Assembly: GCA_964594405.1 (NCBI GenBank) | Contig: CAZQMY010000001.1 | Span: forward strand, 1 to 63,800 | Origin: an uncultured Spirochaetaceae bacterium | GTDB lineage: Bacteria > Myxococcota_A > UBA9160 > UBA4427 | Direction: 5' to 3' | DNA length: 63,800 nucleotides | In this document: piece after piece, positions 8,445-17,724 of the stretch | Numbering within the stretch: the first letter of the stretch is position 1 | How the letters are laid out: the number at the start of each line of letters is the position of its first letter | Position numbers and translations under genes: made by a program | Notes under the pieces: model-generated | What the model saw: the letters and a program-made list of their open reading frames with translations, nothing else | Database searches by the model: none | What the model was told of the DNA's origin: nothing

Positions 8445-9560
8445 TCAGGTCTCCGGCCGGACGGGCGCCTCGATGGGGAGATCGACGGCGAAGCAGGTTC
8501 CCTTGGAGTTGCTCTCGAAGGAGATCGATCCGCCGAGGCGCGAGACCGCGCGACGGATCAGCGCGAGGCCCAGCCCCGTGCCTTTCACCGAGCCCTCGTG
8601 GAATCGCTTGAACATCTGGAAGACCTCGCGGTGGTGCGCCTCCGGGATGCCCAGGCCGTTGTCGCTGACCCGGATGCGCAGACGTTCGTCGTCGCCATCG
8701 ACCTCCACCGCGACCCATCGTGCGTCTTCCGCGGGGTCGGAGTACTTGATGCCGTTGGCGATCAGGTTCTCGATGATCTGCTCGAGTCGCGTCTCGTCGC
8801 CGGGAATGTGATTCGTCGGGAGGCTCCGGATCTCGAGCAGGACGTCGTTCTCTGCCAGGGCCTCGCCGTGTCGCGCGCGGATGCGCTCGATCATCGCGCA
8901 GAGATCGACGGGGCCCCAGATGGCCTCTTCCATGTCTGCGCGGGCGAGGCGGAGGATGTCTCCGACCTTCGCGCCGAGCTCGTCGGTCATCACGCGTACG
9001 CGCTCGATGACCTCGATGGCCTTCTCGCTCTCGCCCGCCAGGATGTCCCTCACCGCGTAGCGGAGCAGGCCATTCATGGTGGCGAGCGGCGACTTCAGAT
9101 CGTGGGAGGCGCTGTAGGCGAACTGCGAGAGGTCTTCGTTGAGCTGCGCGAGCTGCGCGTTGTTGCGTGAGAGGAGCGCCTCGTGGTGCTTGCGCTCGCT
9201 GATGTCGACGACCGCACACATCACCACGAGCCCCTCCGGAAGCTCGATGGGATTGAGCGCGATCTCGAGCGGGACCGAGCGCCCGTCCTTGCAGATCCCG
9301 CGCAGCTCGCGGCCCATCGCCATCTCGCGGGCCTCCGGTGCCCTGAAGTAGCCCTCCATCAGCGTGGGATGGCGAGCGCGGGCTTCATCCGGAATGAGCA
9401 CATCCAGGGGCGAGCCTTCCAGCTCGCCGTCGGCGTAGCCGAGCAGGCGGGCCAGTCGTTGATTCGCCGCACGGATGGTGCCCACGCGATCGACTACGAG
9501 TACGGGAATCGGGAGCGCACCCAGTAGACGGCGCAGGGATATCAGGAGAGGCTCTTCCAT
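8445..9560 (-). CDS. PAS-domain sensor histidine kinase
   Basis: ATG at 9560 (MEEPLLISLRRLL). PAS ('VLVVDRVGTIRAANQRLARLLGY'), H-box 'FAYSASHDLKSPLATM', and N/G boxes 'NLIANGIKYS', 'DNGLGIP', 'GTGLGLAL'. The stop is 4 nt from the receiver gene start. Confidence 0.88.
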   Translation of the reverse strand: MEEPLLISLRRLLGALPIPVLVVDRVGTIRAANQRLARLLGYADGELEGSPLDVLIPDEARARHPTLMEGYFRAPEAREMAMGRELRGICKDGRSVPLEIALNPIELPEGLVVMCAVVDISERKHHEALLSRNNAQLAQLNEDLSQFAYSASHDLKSPLATMNGLLRYAVRDILAGESEKAIEVIERVRVMTDELGAKVGDILRLARADMEEAIWGPVDLCAMIERIRARHGEALAENDVLLEIRSLPTNHIPGDETRLEQIIENLIANGIKYSDPAEDARWVAVEVDGDDERLRIRVSDNGLGIPEAHHREVFQMFKRFHEGSVKGTGLGLALIRRAVSRLGGSISFESNSKGTCFAVDLPIEAPVRPET

Positions 9561-9896
9561 GGGCGTCTTCTTCCGGGTGGGCGGGGAAGTGCAGATCGAG
9601 CTTAGGGATGCACCGCGGTCGCGAAAATCGATTGGAAGGCGGATCGGTACTGAGGGTGGCGCGGCGCATCGTCTCGGGAGAAACGCCGAGGTTCCGATCC
9701 CCGCCCGGTCGCGCGGGCGCAGCTCGGTCGCTCGTGCGGGGCAACCGACCGTCACGGCCCGGCGACCGCCCGCATCACGAAGCGCCCGTGCTCGCGGACG
9801 CCATCCCGGGCCTCTGCGAACTCTGCGTCGTCGACGTCCGTGTCGCGGGCAGGCCGTCGACGAGGGCGCCGATGCCCATCCCATCCGCCTCGAAGA

Positions 9897-10589
9897 TCAG
9901 GCTCCGTAGGTGTCGTGGAGGTAGACGACGATGTCCGCCGACTCGAAGAGCTCGGTCTGCGTGTTGGGGTCGGCGAGGTAGGGCACCATCATCTTGCCGC
10001 TGCGCTCCTCGAAGGCCGGCCGCTTCGGGCTGCCCTTCGCCACGGAGTGGTGCACGTAGGGGAGCTCGAGCTCGCAGAGTGCCTCGCGCGCCAGGCGGCA
10101 GAAGGGCGACGGCTCGAAGGCCCAGAGCTCCAGCGGCAGCTCGGGGGCCTTCGATGGGCGCGCGCGCGAGCCGGCGGTGGGCCGCGGATGGGCTGCGATG
10201 GCCGAGCTGAGCGTGGCCAGCGGCGGTGTCAGCAGCGCGGGCACGCGGCCGGCGCCGTAGCGCTCGAAGAGGTAGCGGACGATGTCGTCCGACTCGTAGA
10301 AGGCCTCGCCCGTGTTCGGATCGACCATGTAGGGGAACTGCAGCTTGCCACCGCGCTCCAGCAGCTCGTCCCGAAAGCGGTGGCCGCCCTTGGGACAGGG
10401 CTTGATGAAGGCGTCGAGGTCGAGGATGCAGATCGCTTCGCGCACCTTGCGGCAGAATGGGCAGGCCTCGAACTCGTAGAGCTCGATCGGTTGCTCGGCG
10501 CGCTCGCCGAGGTGGCCGATTCGGATGCCGTTGGCCCCGCGAAGCAGGCTCACGCCGGTGCTGCTCATCAGGTCGAGCGTGCGATTCAT
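9897..10589 (-). CDS. Tandem glutaredoxin/GST-N-terminal-domain protein
   Basis: Two thioredoxin-fold halves: 'IELYEFEACPFCRKVRE...FPYMVDPNTG' and 'LELWAFEPSPFCRLARE...VPYLADPNT'. GGAGGA lies 7 nt upstream of the ATG. Confidence 0.75.
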   Translation of the reverse strand: MNRTLDLMSSTGVSLLRGANGIRIGHLGERAEQPIELYEFEACPFCRKVREAICILDLDAFIKPCPKGGHRFRDELLERGGKLQFPYMVDPNTGEAFYESDDIVRYLFERYGAGRVPALLTPPLATLSSAIAAHPRPTAGSRARPSKAPELPLELWAFEPSPFCRLAREALCELELPYVHHSVAKGSPKRPAFEERSGKMMVPYLADPNTQTELFESADIVVYLHDTYGA

Positions 10590-10667
10590 CGTTCGATCCT
10601 CCAGGCGTGTCGCTGGGGAGAGTCCCGATGCGGGCCTGTGCTGTCAATTGGCTGGGCGCTCTCCGGC

Positions 10668-11306
10668 TCAGACGATGAGGACTTCCTTGGCGGGCGGGCG
10701 CTCGCGGTAGGCAGCCTGCCATCGTTCGAGCCCGGGGTAGGGCCCGAGGTCGACCTCGGGAAGCTCCCGGAAGCGGCCGAACTGCATGGCCGCCGCCATC
10801 GTGCAGTCGGCGACGCCGGGCGTGTCGCCCGCCAGGAAGGGCCTGCCGTCCGAAACGAGATCCTCCAGCCAGCGCAGCCCGAGCGGCAGGAGCTGGCGAT
10901 TGCGTTCTGCAGTCACCTCGCACGGGGGGCGGCCCGTCGGAGACGCTGTGGCGTGGACCAGCCCCGCGACGGGACCGAGGACGCGCTGCTCGGCGATCCG
11001 CTCGATCTGGCGCCTGAAGGCCCGCTCCTCGGGTGACTGGCCGATCATCGGGGGATCGGGGAAGCGCTCCTCCAGGTACTCGATGATCACGAGTGACTCG
11101 ATCAGGTGGCGGCCGTCATCGAGCTCGAGCACGGGCAGGGCGCCGAAGGGGTTTCGCGCAAGGTGCTCGGGCGAGTTCTGCTCGCCCTCCGGAATGCTCA
11201 CGGCCTGCAGATCGAGCGGGATCTCCGCGCCCCCCAGCATCTTCTCCGCGAGGTAGAGCCGGACCTTGGTGGGATTGGGGGCGACGGGGAAGAAGTAGAG
11301 TCTCAT
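10668..11306 (-). CDS. Glutathione S-transferase
   Basis: ATG at 11306 (MRLYFFPVAPNPTKVRLYLAEK). 'NPFGALPVLELDDGRHLIESLVIIEYLEE' is the classical GST N-domain. The 572-aa track ORF is over-extended. Confidence 0.85.
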   Translation of the reverse strand: MRLYFFPVAPNPTKVRLYLAEKMLGGAEIPLDLQAVSIPEGEQNSPEHLARNPFGALPVLELDDGRHLIESLVIIEYLEERFPDPPMIGQSPEERAFRRQIERIAEQRVLGPVAGLVHATASPTGRPPCEVTAERNRQLLPLGLRWLEDLVSDGRPFLAGDTPGVADCTMAAAMQFGRFRELPEVDLGPYPGLERWQAAYRERPPAKEVLIV

Positions 11307-11393
11307 GGCTGCTCCCTGGCGACGACGCGGGGTGTCGTGGGCGTGGCCGCCGGGGCGTGCGACCCCGACGTCCTCCGGAACGTAGGACTCGAC

Positions 11394-12404
11394 ATGCATT
11401 GCTCCAAGCCGAAGCCGCGGGCGCTCCTCCAGCCCTTCCATCCCCTTCTCCTGCTCGGCCTCGCGCTGGTCGTCGCTGCGTGCAGCACGGTTCCGATTCC
11501 CGCGCCTCCGCCCGTCGGCGAGGGCCTGCCCGATCACACGGACCTCGATGCGTTCCTGGCCAGGCACGTCGACGAAGCGGGCCGCGTCGACTACGCGGCC
11601 GCGGTGGGCGATCGTGCGGATCTCGACCGATACGTGGCTGCGCTCGCTCGGCACAGTCCCGACGCCACCCCGAGTGCCTATCCCGAGGAAGCTGATCGGC
11701 TCGCCTACTGGATCAACGCCTACAACGCCTGGGTGATCGTGATGGTGCTCGACGCCTATCCGATCGCGAGCGTGCGCGACGTCTCGAACCCCCTGCGGCT
11801 GCTGCATCCGCTCGCGGGCTTCTTCCTGCTGCGCAAGGTCACCCTGGGCGGAGAGCGGATCTCGCTCTACAGCCTCGAGAACAGGGTCGTGCGCCGGCGC
11901 TTCAGTGATCCACGCATCCACTTCGCCCTGAACTGCGCATCCATCAGCTGCCCGCGACTTCCCGCCGAGGCCTTCGCCCCGGAGCGCCTGGAGGCGCAGC
12001 TCAGCCGCGAGGCGGATCGCTTCCTCTCCGAGCCGCGGAACGTCCGGGTCGACGCGGAAGCGGGGGAGATCCACCTCTCCAGCATCTTCGACTGGTACGC
12101 GAGCGACTTCACCGACCAGGTGGAGCGCGTGGCGCCAGGACGCTCGGCCACGCTCTCCGCCTATCTGATCTCCAACGCACCGAAGGAGGTTGCGGAGCAG
12201 GTCGCACGCTGCGAGGGCTGCAGGGAGGTCTTCGTCCCCTACGATTGGGGCCTGAACGACCGACCGCGGCAGGCCGACCTCAGCCGGGACCGGTGCCCCG
12301 CGCACGGCAGGCCATCCGCGTCGAGCGAGGGCTCGGGATGCACGGCTGAGCCGCCCGGGCTTCATCGGCACTCGATCGCCGGCCAAGGCGTACGCTCCTC
12401 ATGA
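11394..12404 (+). CDS. DUF547-domain lipoprotein
   Basis: ATG at 11394. Lipobox 'LALVVAAC'. 'AYWINAYNAWVIVMVL', 'RIHFALNCASISCPRL' and 'YDWGLND' are DUF547 hallmarks. The roughly 50-aa C-terminal tail is of doubtful reality. Confidence 0.75.
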   Translation: MHCSKPKPRALLQPFHPLLLLGLALVVAACSTVPIPAPPPVGEGLPDHTDLDAFLARHVDEAGRVDYAAAVGDRADLDRYVAALARHSPDATPSAYPEEADRLAYWINAYNAWVIVMVLDAYPIASVRDVSNPLRLLHPLAGFFLLRKVTLGGERISLYSLENRVVRRRFSDPRIHFALNCASISCPRLPAEAFAPERLEAQLSREADRFLSEPRNVRVDAEAGEIHLSSIFDWYASDFTDQVERVAPGRSATLSAYLISNAPKEVAEQVARCEGCREVFVPYDWGLNDRPRQADLSRDRCPAHGRPSASSEGSGCTAEPPGLHRHSIAGQGVRSS

Positions 12405-12467
12405 GCGCCCTCGTCCTCGGCGACATCCTCACGGACAACCGCAAGACGCTGCCGTGAAGACCGCCCA

Positions 12468-13115
12468 TCACCGCGTCTCTATGGACGCCTCGGAGAGCCG
12501 CCGATCCACCTCGCTGCGCAGGGCCTCGATCAGCCGGGGCGTGCTCCGCCGCCAGCCCGCGTTCGCGGCCCAGCGCGGCAGGCGGCCGCCGATGTCTCCC
12601 TCGAAGTGGTAGTGCACCGCCGTGCCACCCTCCGAAGGCGCGACCCGCCAGCGCGTGCGCATCGCCTCGATGCGCACGACGCCGCGAGGCGGCTCTGGCG
12701 CGGCATCCGCGAGGGCCCGGGCTTCGAGCTCGAAGCCCACCTCCGAATCGCGCCACGCGTACTCGACCACGTAGTCGCGGTGAGCGATGGGCCAGGGCAG
12801 CCACTGCCGGCCGTAGACCTGCGCACGCCTTGCGTCGCCCCAATCCTCGAGCACGCGCCAATCCGCCATGGCGGGGAACCAGCGACCGAAGGCCCGCAGA
12901 TCGAGCAGCGCCGCCCGCACCTCGGCGAAGGGCGCCTCGAGTCGACCTTCGACCAGCACCTCGATGGGCTCTCTGCCCGCCTCGACACGATCATCGCTCC
13001 GCGCCATCGGCGTCGGAGCCACGGCCCACACGACCAGCGTAGCGAGCAGGCATGCGTAACCCTTCGGCGCGCGCTGGCGTAGCCCTGGGCGGGAGAAATG
13101 AATGGGATCCGTCAT
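12468..13115 (-). CDS. START/SRPBCC lipid-binding domain protein (secreted)
   Basis: Signal peptide '...LLATLVVWAVAPTPMA'. 'HRDYVVEYAW...RTRWRVAPSEGGTAVHYHFEGDIGGRLPRW' has a START-like layout. Confidence 0.65.
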   Translation of the reverse strand: MTDPIHFSRPGLRQRAPKGYACLLATLVVWAVAPTPMARSDDRVEAGREPIEVLVEGRLEAPFAEVRAALLDLRAFGRWFPAMADWRVLEDWGDARRAQVYGRQWLPWPIAHRDYVVEYAWRDSEVGFELEARALADAAPEPPRGVVRIEAMRTRWRVAPSEGGTAVHYHFEGDIGGRLPRWAANAGWRRSTPRLIEALRSEVDRRLSEASIETR

Positions 13116-13869
13116 TCGCTCGGCCTATGCCTGGCTCCTGCTCTCGCTGATCGTGCTGCCGCTCTTCCCGGTCAGCTGGCTGCTGGAGAAGCTCTGGCAT
13201 GATCCGGACGGCGCGCGCATGCGTCTGCTGGTCGCGCGCTGGGCCTCACTCTACACCCGGCTCACGCCGCTCTACCGCTACCGCGTCGAAGGCCGCGATC
13301 GGATTCCCGCGGTGGGGCCCTATGTCCTCGTGGCGAACCACGAATCCGGCCTCGATGTCCTCTCCATCTTCGCCTTGCGGCTCGACGCCCGATTTCTCGC
13401 CGACGCTTGGCTCTTCCGACTGCCGTTGGCAGGATCCCTGATGCGCCGCTGCCGCCACATCCCGGTCGATCCAGAGCGCCGGGAGAGCGGGCGGCGGGCG
13501 CTGGCCGAGGTGGACCGCGTGCTGGCCGACGGGGCTCCTGTGGTGATCTTTCCCGAGGGCCGGCTCACGCCGGACGGTCTCGGCGAGCTTCGTCCGGGAG
13601 CCTTCGTGGCCGCTCGGCGTGCCGGTGTCCCGATCGTCCCGGTGCTGCTCGAGGGGAGCGGCGACGCCTGGCGGCCCGGCACCCTGATCGTTCGTGGCCA
13701 GCACGCGATCCGGATCGCCGTGCTGCCGCCCATCGAGGCGGCCGAGGTGAAGGCCCGGGACGTGGAAGCGCTCTCGGAGCGGGTCCGCGCAGCGCTCGTG
13801 GCCGCACGGACGCGGGCTGGCGCGGTGTCTCCCGGCCCCTCGGCGCGAGGCCAGGGCGATCGCGTCTAG
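13102..13869 (+). CDS. 1-acyl-sn-glycerol-3-phosphate (lysophospholipid) acyltransferase, PlsC family
   Basis: HX4D motif 'VANHESGLDV', 'FPEGRLTPDG', and an N-terminal TM segment. Confidence 0.88.
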   Translation: MGSVIRSAYAWLLLSLIVLPLFPVSWLLEKLWHDPDGARMRLLVARWASLYTRLTPLYRYRVEGRDRIPAVGPYVLVANHESGLDVLSIFALRLDARFLADAWLFRLPLAGSLMRRCRHIPVDPERRESGRRALAEVDRVLADGAPVVIFPEGRLTPDGLGELRPGAFVAARRAGVPIVPVLLEGSGDAWRPGTLIVRGQHAIRIAVLPPIEAAEVKARDVEALSERVRAALVAARTRAGAVSPGPSARGQGDRV

Positions 13870-14042
13870 CCCGGAAGGGGCGCAGCGGGGGTGGGACTCA
13901 CCGCATCGCCATGGCCGATCAGTATGGGGCCGAGGGCCCCACGAGAGGCCGCGGCGCACCGTCGGTGCCGTCTGGCGCCGGCATGGGAATTGAATCCGCT
14001 CGGGAAGAACGGGAGCGCGGCCGACTTCGAGGAGGGCAGGGA

Positions 14043-14870
14043 GTGACTTCGACCCGGATCAGCGTCGAGCATCTGAAGGCGTACTGGCGCGACGGCTACG
14101 TCGTCGTCCGCCGGCTCTTCGAGGCCGAGGATCTCGATCGCTGGAAGCAGCGTCTGGCCGACATCGCGACGAAGAAGGTGGAGCGCTCCGAGGGGCTGCT
14201 GGTGATGCGCGACGTGATGGTCGCCAAGGGCAGGGTACAGCCGCGCTCGCTCGAGGAGGCGATCTACAAGGTCCAGGACTTCGAGAACGATCCGGTCCTG
14301 TTCAGCTACTCGAAAGACCGGAGGCTGCTGGACTGTGTGGCCTCGATCATCGGCGAGGATCTGCTCACGATCCACACGATGCTCATCAACAAGCCCCCCC
14401 GCGTGGATGGTCGCCATCCCCTCCACCAGGACATCATCTACTTTCCCTTCCGGCCCGCGGATCGCATCGTGGGGACCTGGACGGCTCTCGAGAAGGTGAC
14501 GCGCGAGAACGGGTGCCTCGTGGCCATTCCGGGCACGCATCAGAGCGAGGTCCTCGAGCACGGCCTCCCGGAGTGGGAGTACACGAACCCGGGCTTCTTC
14601 GGCGTCAAGGGGATCGGGCCGGACGAGCGACGCGTCCACTTCGAGCTCGAGCCAGGGGATACGATCTTCTTCCATCCGCACCTGATCCACGGCTCGGGAA
14701 CCAATCGCAGCAGCGGCTTCCGGCGATCGATCCTCACCCACTATGCCAGTGGCCGGTGCACCTGGACCTGGCCCGACGAGAAGCTGCTCTCCCGCCCCTA
14801 TCGCCTCGTGCAGGGGCGATTCCACGGCCCGGCGGAGCTGCTGGTGAGCGATCGCGTCGAGGACGCCTGA
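14043..14870 (+). CDS. Phytanoyl-CoA dioxygenase (PhyH) family Fe(II)/2-oxoglutarate oxygenase
   Basis: GTG at 14043 is preceded by GAGGAGGG; an alternative ATG is at 13983. 'YWRDGYVVVRRLF', facial triad 'HPLHQDIIYF' plus 'FHPHLIHGSGTNRS'. Confidence 0.8.
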   Translation: MTSTRISVEHLKAYWRDGYVVVRRLFEAEDLDRWKQRLADIATKKVERSEGLLVMRDVMVAKGRVQPRSLEEAIYKVQDFENDPVLFSYSKDRRLLDCVASIIGEDLLTIHTMLINKPPRVDGRHPLHQDIIYFPFRPADRIVGTWTALEKVTRENGCLVAIPGTHQSEVLEHGLPEWEYTNPGFFGVKGIGPDERRVHFELEPGDTIFFHPHLIHGSGTNRSSGFRRSILTHYASGRCTWTWPDEKLLSRPYRLVQGRFHGPAELLVSDRVEDA

Positions 14871-15145
14871 TCGCATCGCCCTCGCTGGATCGCCGGCCAG
14901 CGCGGCCGGCCGGCAATCCATCGGCAGCCGCAGGACTCCGGGTCGTTCACGACGCCTGCCCATCGGTGACCGTCTCGGCAGACCGACGTGCCGAGTCACG
15001 GGGCGTTCTTGGGCAGCCTCGATTCCCTCTCGAGACGCATTGCCCCTCTCTCCTTGTGGGATCGGTTCTCGGGGCCCTTGTCGGGGAACGATGCTTGCTT
15101 ATCAGGCAGGGTGAGGGGTGGGGCCAGGCGACCCGGAGGTGCGAC

Positions 15146-16123
15146 ATGGACGCAAGAATCCGAGAGATGCGCAGATGGCTTGCCCACGAGGCGACCGACG
15201 CCGGGCGGCAGGCCTTCTCGCCCATCGTCGAGTACCTCGAAGACGCAGCCGAGCGAAGCGCGCGAGTCGATCCGATGGGCCGCGATCCAGAGCTCATCGC
15301 GTCGCTCTGGCCGCTCCTCAAGGCGACGCAGCTGGGCATGGGAGCGGAGGTGCGCGGCTTCGAGAACCTGCCCAAGGGCGAGCCGGTCCTGATCGTGGGG
15401 AACCACTCTGGCGGCGCGTTCACCCTGGATCCGATTCCGCTGGTCATGAAGTGGCTGGAGCATCGCGGGAGCGAGGCGCCCCTCTACGGTCTGGCCTACA
15501 ACCTGCTCTTCAGCGAGCCGACCATCGGTCGCTTCCTGCGCCGGATGGGTTGTCTGCCCGCGAGCCACGAGAATGCGCACACGGCCCTCGAGAAGGGCGC
15601 GACCGTCATGGTCTTCCCGGGCGGCGACTACGAGGTCTTCCGGCCGTGGCGAGAGCGCAATCGGGTGGATTTCGGCGGCCACATGGGCTTCGTGGAGCTG
15701 GCGCTCAGCGCGGGCGTCCCCATCGTGCCCATGACCATCCACGGCGCGCACGAGGGCACCCTGGTATTGACGCGCGGCAATCGGATCGCCCGCAGCCTGG
15801 GCCTGGACAAGCTGCGCGTGAAGGTCTTCCCGATCGTCTGGAACCTCCCCTTCGGCCCGGCGCCGGCCTTCCTGCCGTCGTTGCCGGTACCGAGTCGTGT
15901 GACCGTGCAGATCGGGAAGCCGATGCGCTGGATCGGCCTCGGGCCCGAAGACGCCGAGGACCCCGAGATCATGCAGCGCTGCTACGACCAGGTGCTGGCC
16001 ACGATGCAGCGCACCATGGACGAGCTCGCGGCCGAGCACCCCTACCCGGTGCTCTCGCGCCTGAACGACATGCGCCCGAGCCGCATGGTCAGTCGACTCT
16101 GGCGATCGCTCTCGGCGGCGTGA
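15146..16123 (+). CDS. Acyltransferase (lysophospholipid/glycerolipid acyltransferase family, second copy)
   Basis: ATG at 15146 with GGAGG 7 nt upstream. 'IVGNHSGGAFTLD' (HX4D-like), 'VFPGGDYEVFR', 'GFVELALSAGVPIVP'. Confidence 0.8.
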   Translation: MDARIREMRRWLAHEATDAGRQAFSPIVEYLEDAAERSARVDPMGRDPELIASLWPLLKATQLGMGAEVRGFENLPKGEPVLIVGNHSGGAFTLDPIPLVMKWLEHRGSEAPLYGLAYNLLFSEPTIGRFLRRMGCLPASHENAHTALEKGATVMVFPGGDYEVFRPWRERNRVDFGGHMGFVELALSAGVPIVPMTIHGAHEGTLVLTRGNRIARSLGLDKLRVKVFPIVWNLPFGPAPAFLPSLPVPSRVTVQIGKPMRWIGLGPEDAEDPEIMQRCYDQVLATMQRTMDELAAEHPYPVLSRLNDMRPSRMVSRLWRSLSAA

Positions 16124-16349
16124 GCCGGTATCCATCGCCGAGGGGCCGCTCGCTGCGTTCGCGCGTCCCATCCGTTCGACGGCGAGTCGGAACCCGTGTA
16201 GATGCCTCTTGCCAGCCAGGTACGCCCCGCAACGTGTGGGTGCATCCATCGGCGCTGCTGCGCGCAGGATGCGTCTCGGGAGGGTGTCGACCTGGCCACA
16301 TTGCGTGCACCCCGAATGCGCGCACAACACGGATCGAAGGGAGGTCGAC

Positions 16350-16646
16350 ATGGCGACTCAGAAGAATCTGGCAACGGCGGTGGGGAGTGCCGTAGGGGGC
16401 ACGATGACGAGCGTGGAGGACATCCACAAGCGGATCGCGGCGATCCCCATCGATCTGATGGAGACGGCTCTGCTCATGGAGGAGCCGCTGAAGGAAGCGC
16501 GGAAGCTGCAGGACGATGTCATCGGCTCGATCTACGAGCTGGCGCGGGGGATCAACGACGAGATCACTCGCGCTGCCTCGAAGCTCCTGGAGCGCGGCTC
16601 AGCGCAGGGACCGAAGGTGGCCGCAAAGGCGAAGAACGCGGCCTGA
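16350..16646 (+). CDS. Hypothetical small helical protein (98 aa)
   Basis: ATG at 16350 is preceded by GAAGGGAGG, with good GC3 bias. No family recognised. Confidence 0.55.
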   Translation: MATQKNLATAVGSAVGGTMTSVEDIHKRIAAIPIDLMETALLMEEPLKEARKLQDDVIGSIYELARGINDEITRAASKLLERGSAQGPKVAAKAKNAA

Positions 16647-16654
16647 GGATTCTC

Positions 16655-16680
16655 GAAGGGCCCGGTCCGCCGGGCCCTTC
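16655..16680. terminator. Bidirectional terminator hairpin between convergent genes
   Basis: Perfect 11-bp stem GAAGGGCCCGG / CCGGGCCCTTC with a 4-nt loop (tccg). It lies between the stop at 16646 (+) and the stop at 16679 (-). Confidence 0.55.
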
Positions 16681-17569
16681 AGTCTTGTGTGGCGATGAAC
16701 TCCCGGAGCATCGGCCCGACGATCCCGGGCTTCTCCTGATGGACGAAGTGGCCGGCCCCTTCGACGCGGCGGATCTCGAGCCCGCGTGCGAACAGGGAAG
16801 CATCCTGGCCATCGAAGAGTCGGGTGTCCATGCAGCCATCGAGGGCGCCCGTCACGGTCAGCGTCGGCACGGGGTGGGGTGCGCGCGCGAGCTTGCGCAT
16901 GCGCCGTGATTCGGCCAGGAAGGGGTTGAGCATCGCCCGGTAGTAGGCGAGCGCCGACCAGAGCACGCCTGGCTGGCGAAACGTCGCCTTCAGCAGGGCC
17001 ATGTCGTCGGGGTCCCACTGCCAGCCGGGCGACCAGTCGCGCCAGAGCTTCTCGATGAAGGCGAAGTCCCCGGCCCTGACCAGCCGATCGGCCACGCCTC
17101 GGAGCTGGAAGAAGAGCGTGTACCACGAGTTGACCAGCTGGACGGGGTACTCGCGGATCCCATCCTCGATCGCCTGGCTGCACGGAACGGCGATGGCCGT
17201 ATAGGAGCGGAAGTGCTCCGGCGCGAGCTGGCAGGCGAGGAAGCCCGCGATCGCACCCCAGTCGTGACCGATCAGGTGGACGGACTTGCCCCCGCCGAGC
17301 ATGCGTGCCCATGCGACGGCGTCTTCGGCCACGTGGATCGGGTGATACGTGGCCACGTCTCGCCCGTGTGAAGAGCGCCCTTCGTAGCCGCGGAGCATCG
17401 GCGCTACCGCCCGATAGCCGGCGGCGGCGAAGAGCGGCAGCTGATGGCGGTATGAGTGCGCGTGGTCCGGGAAGCCATGAAGGCAGAGCACGGCGGGTCC
17501 CTCGCCCAGGGCGAGCGCGCTCATCATGAAGCCATCGTTCTCCAGCTCCAGGCGATCGATCTGCGACAT
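16679..17569 (-). CDS. Alpha/beta hydrolase, epoxide-hydrolase-like
   Basis: ATG at 17569 (MSQIDRLELE) with GGAG upstream. 'LHGFPDHAHSYRHQ' (HGxP) and nucleophile elbow 'LIGHDWGA'. Confidence 0.88.
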   Translation of the reverse strand: MSQIDRLELENDGFMMSALALGEGPAVLCLHGFPDHAHSYRHQLPLFAAAGYRAVAPMLRGYEGRSSHGRDVATYHPIHVAEDAVAWARMLGGGKSVHLIGHDWGAIAGFLACQLAPEHFRSYTAIAVPCSQAIEDGIREYPVQLVNSWYTLFFQLRGVADRLVRAGDFAFIEKLWRDWSPGWQWDPDDMALLKATFRQPGVLWSALAYYRAMLNPFLAESRRMRKLARAPHPVPTLTVTGALDGCMDTRLFDGQDASLFARGLEIRRVEGAGHFVHQEKPGIVGPMLREFIATQD

Positions 17570-17724
17570 CTCTCCATCCCGATGAATCAGTGCGACTGCA
17601 CGAAGGCTAGCAGCGCCGACGGGCGAGTTTCGCATTCCGGCCGCGGGGCTAGCATGAGGGGCCTGCCGAGGGGCGAGGAGCAGCGCCTCATCGACTCGCA
17701 GGCGCTCCGTCCGGAGGCTCCGTC

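Noticed and set aside
9561-9896. A 336-nt gene-free gap, checked for a tRNA, sRNA or gene remnant. It contains a T-loop-like 'GGTTCCGATCC' at 9690-9700.
   Set aside because: The flanks cannot form T-stem or acceptor-stem pairing, so there is no cloverleaf. The translated frames show no convincing protein remnant. It is most likely just the kinase promoter or leader region.
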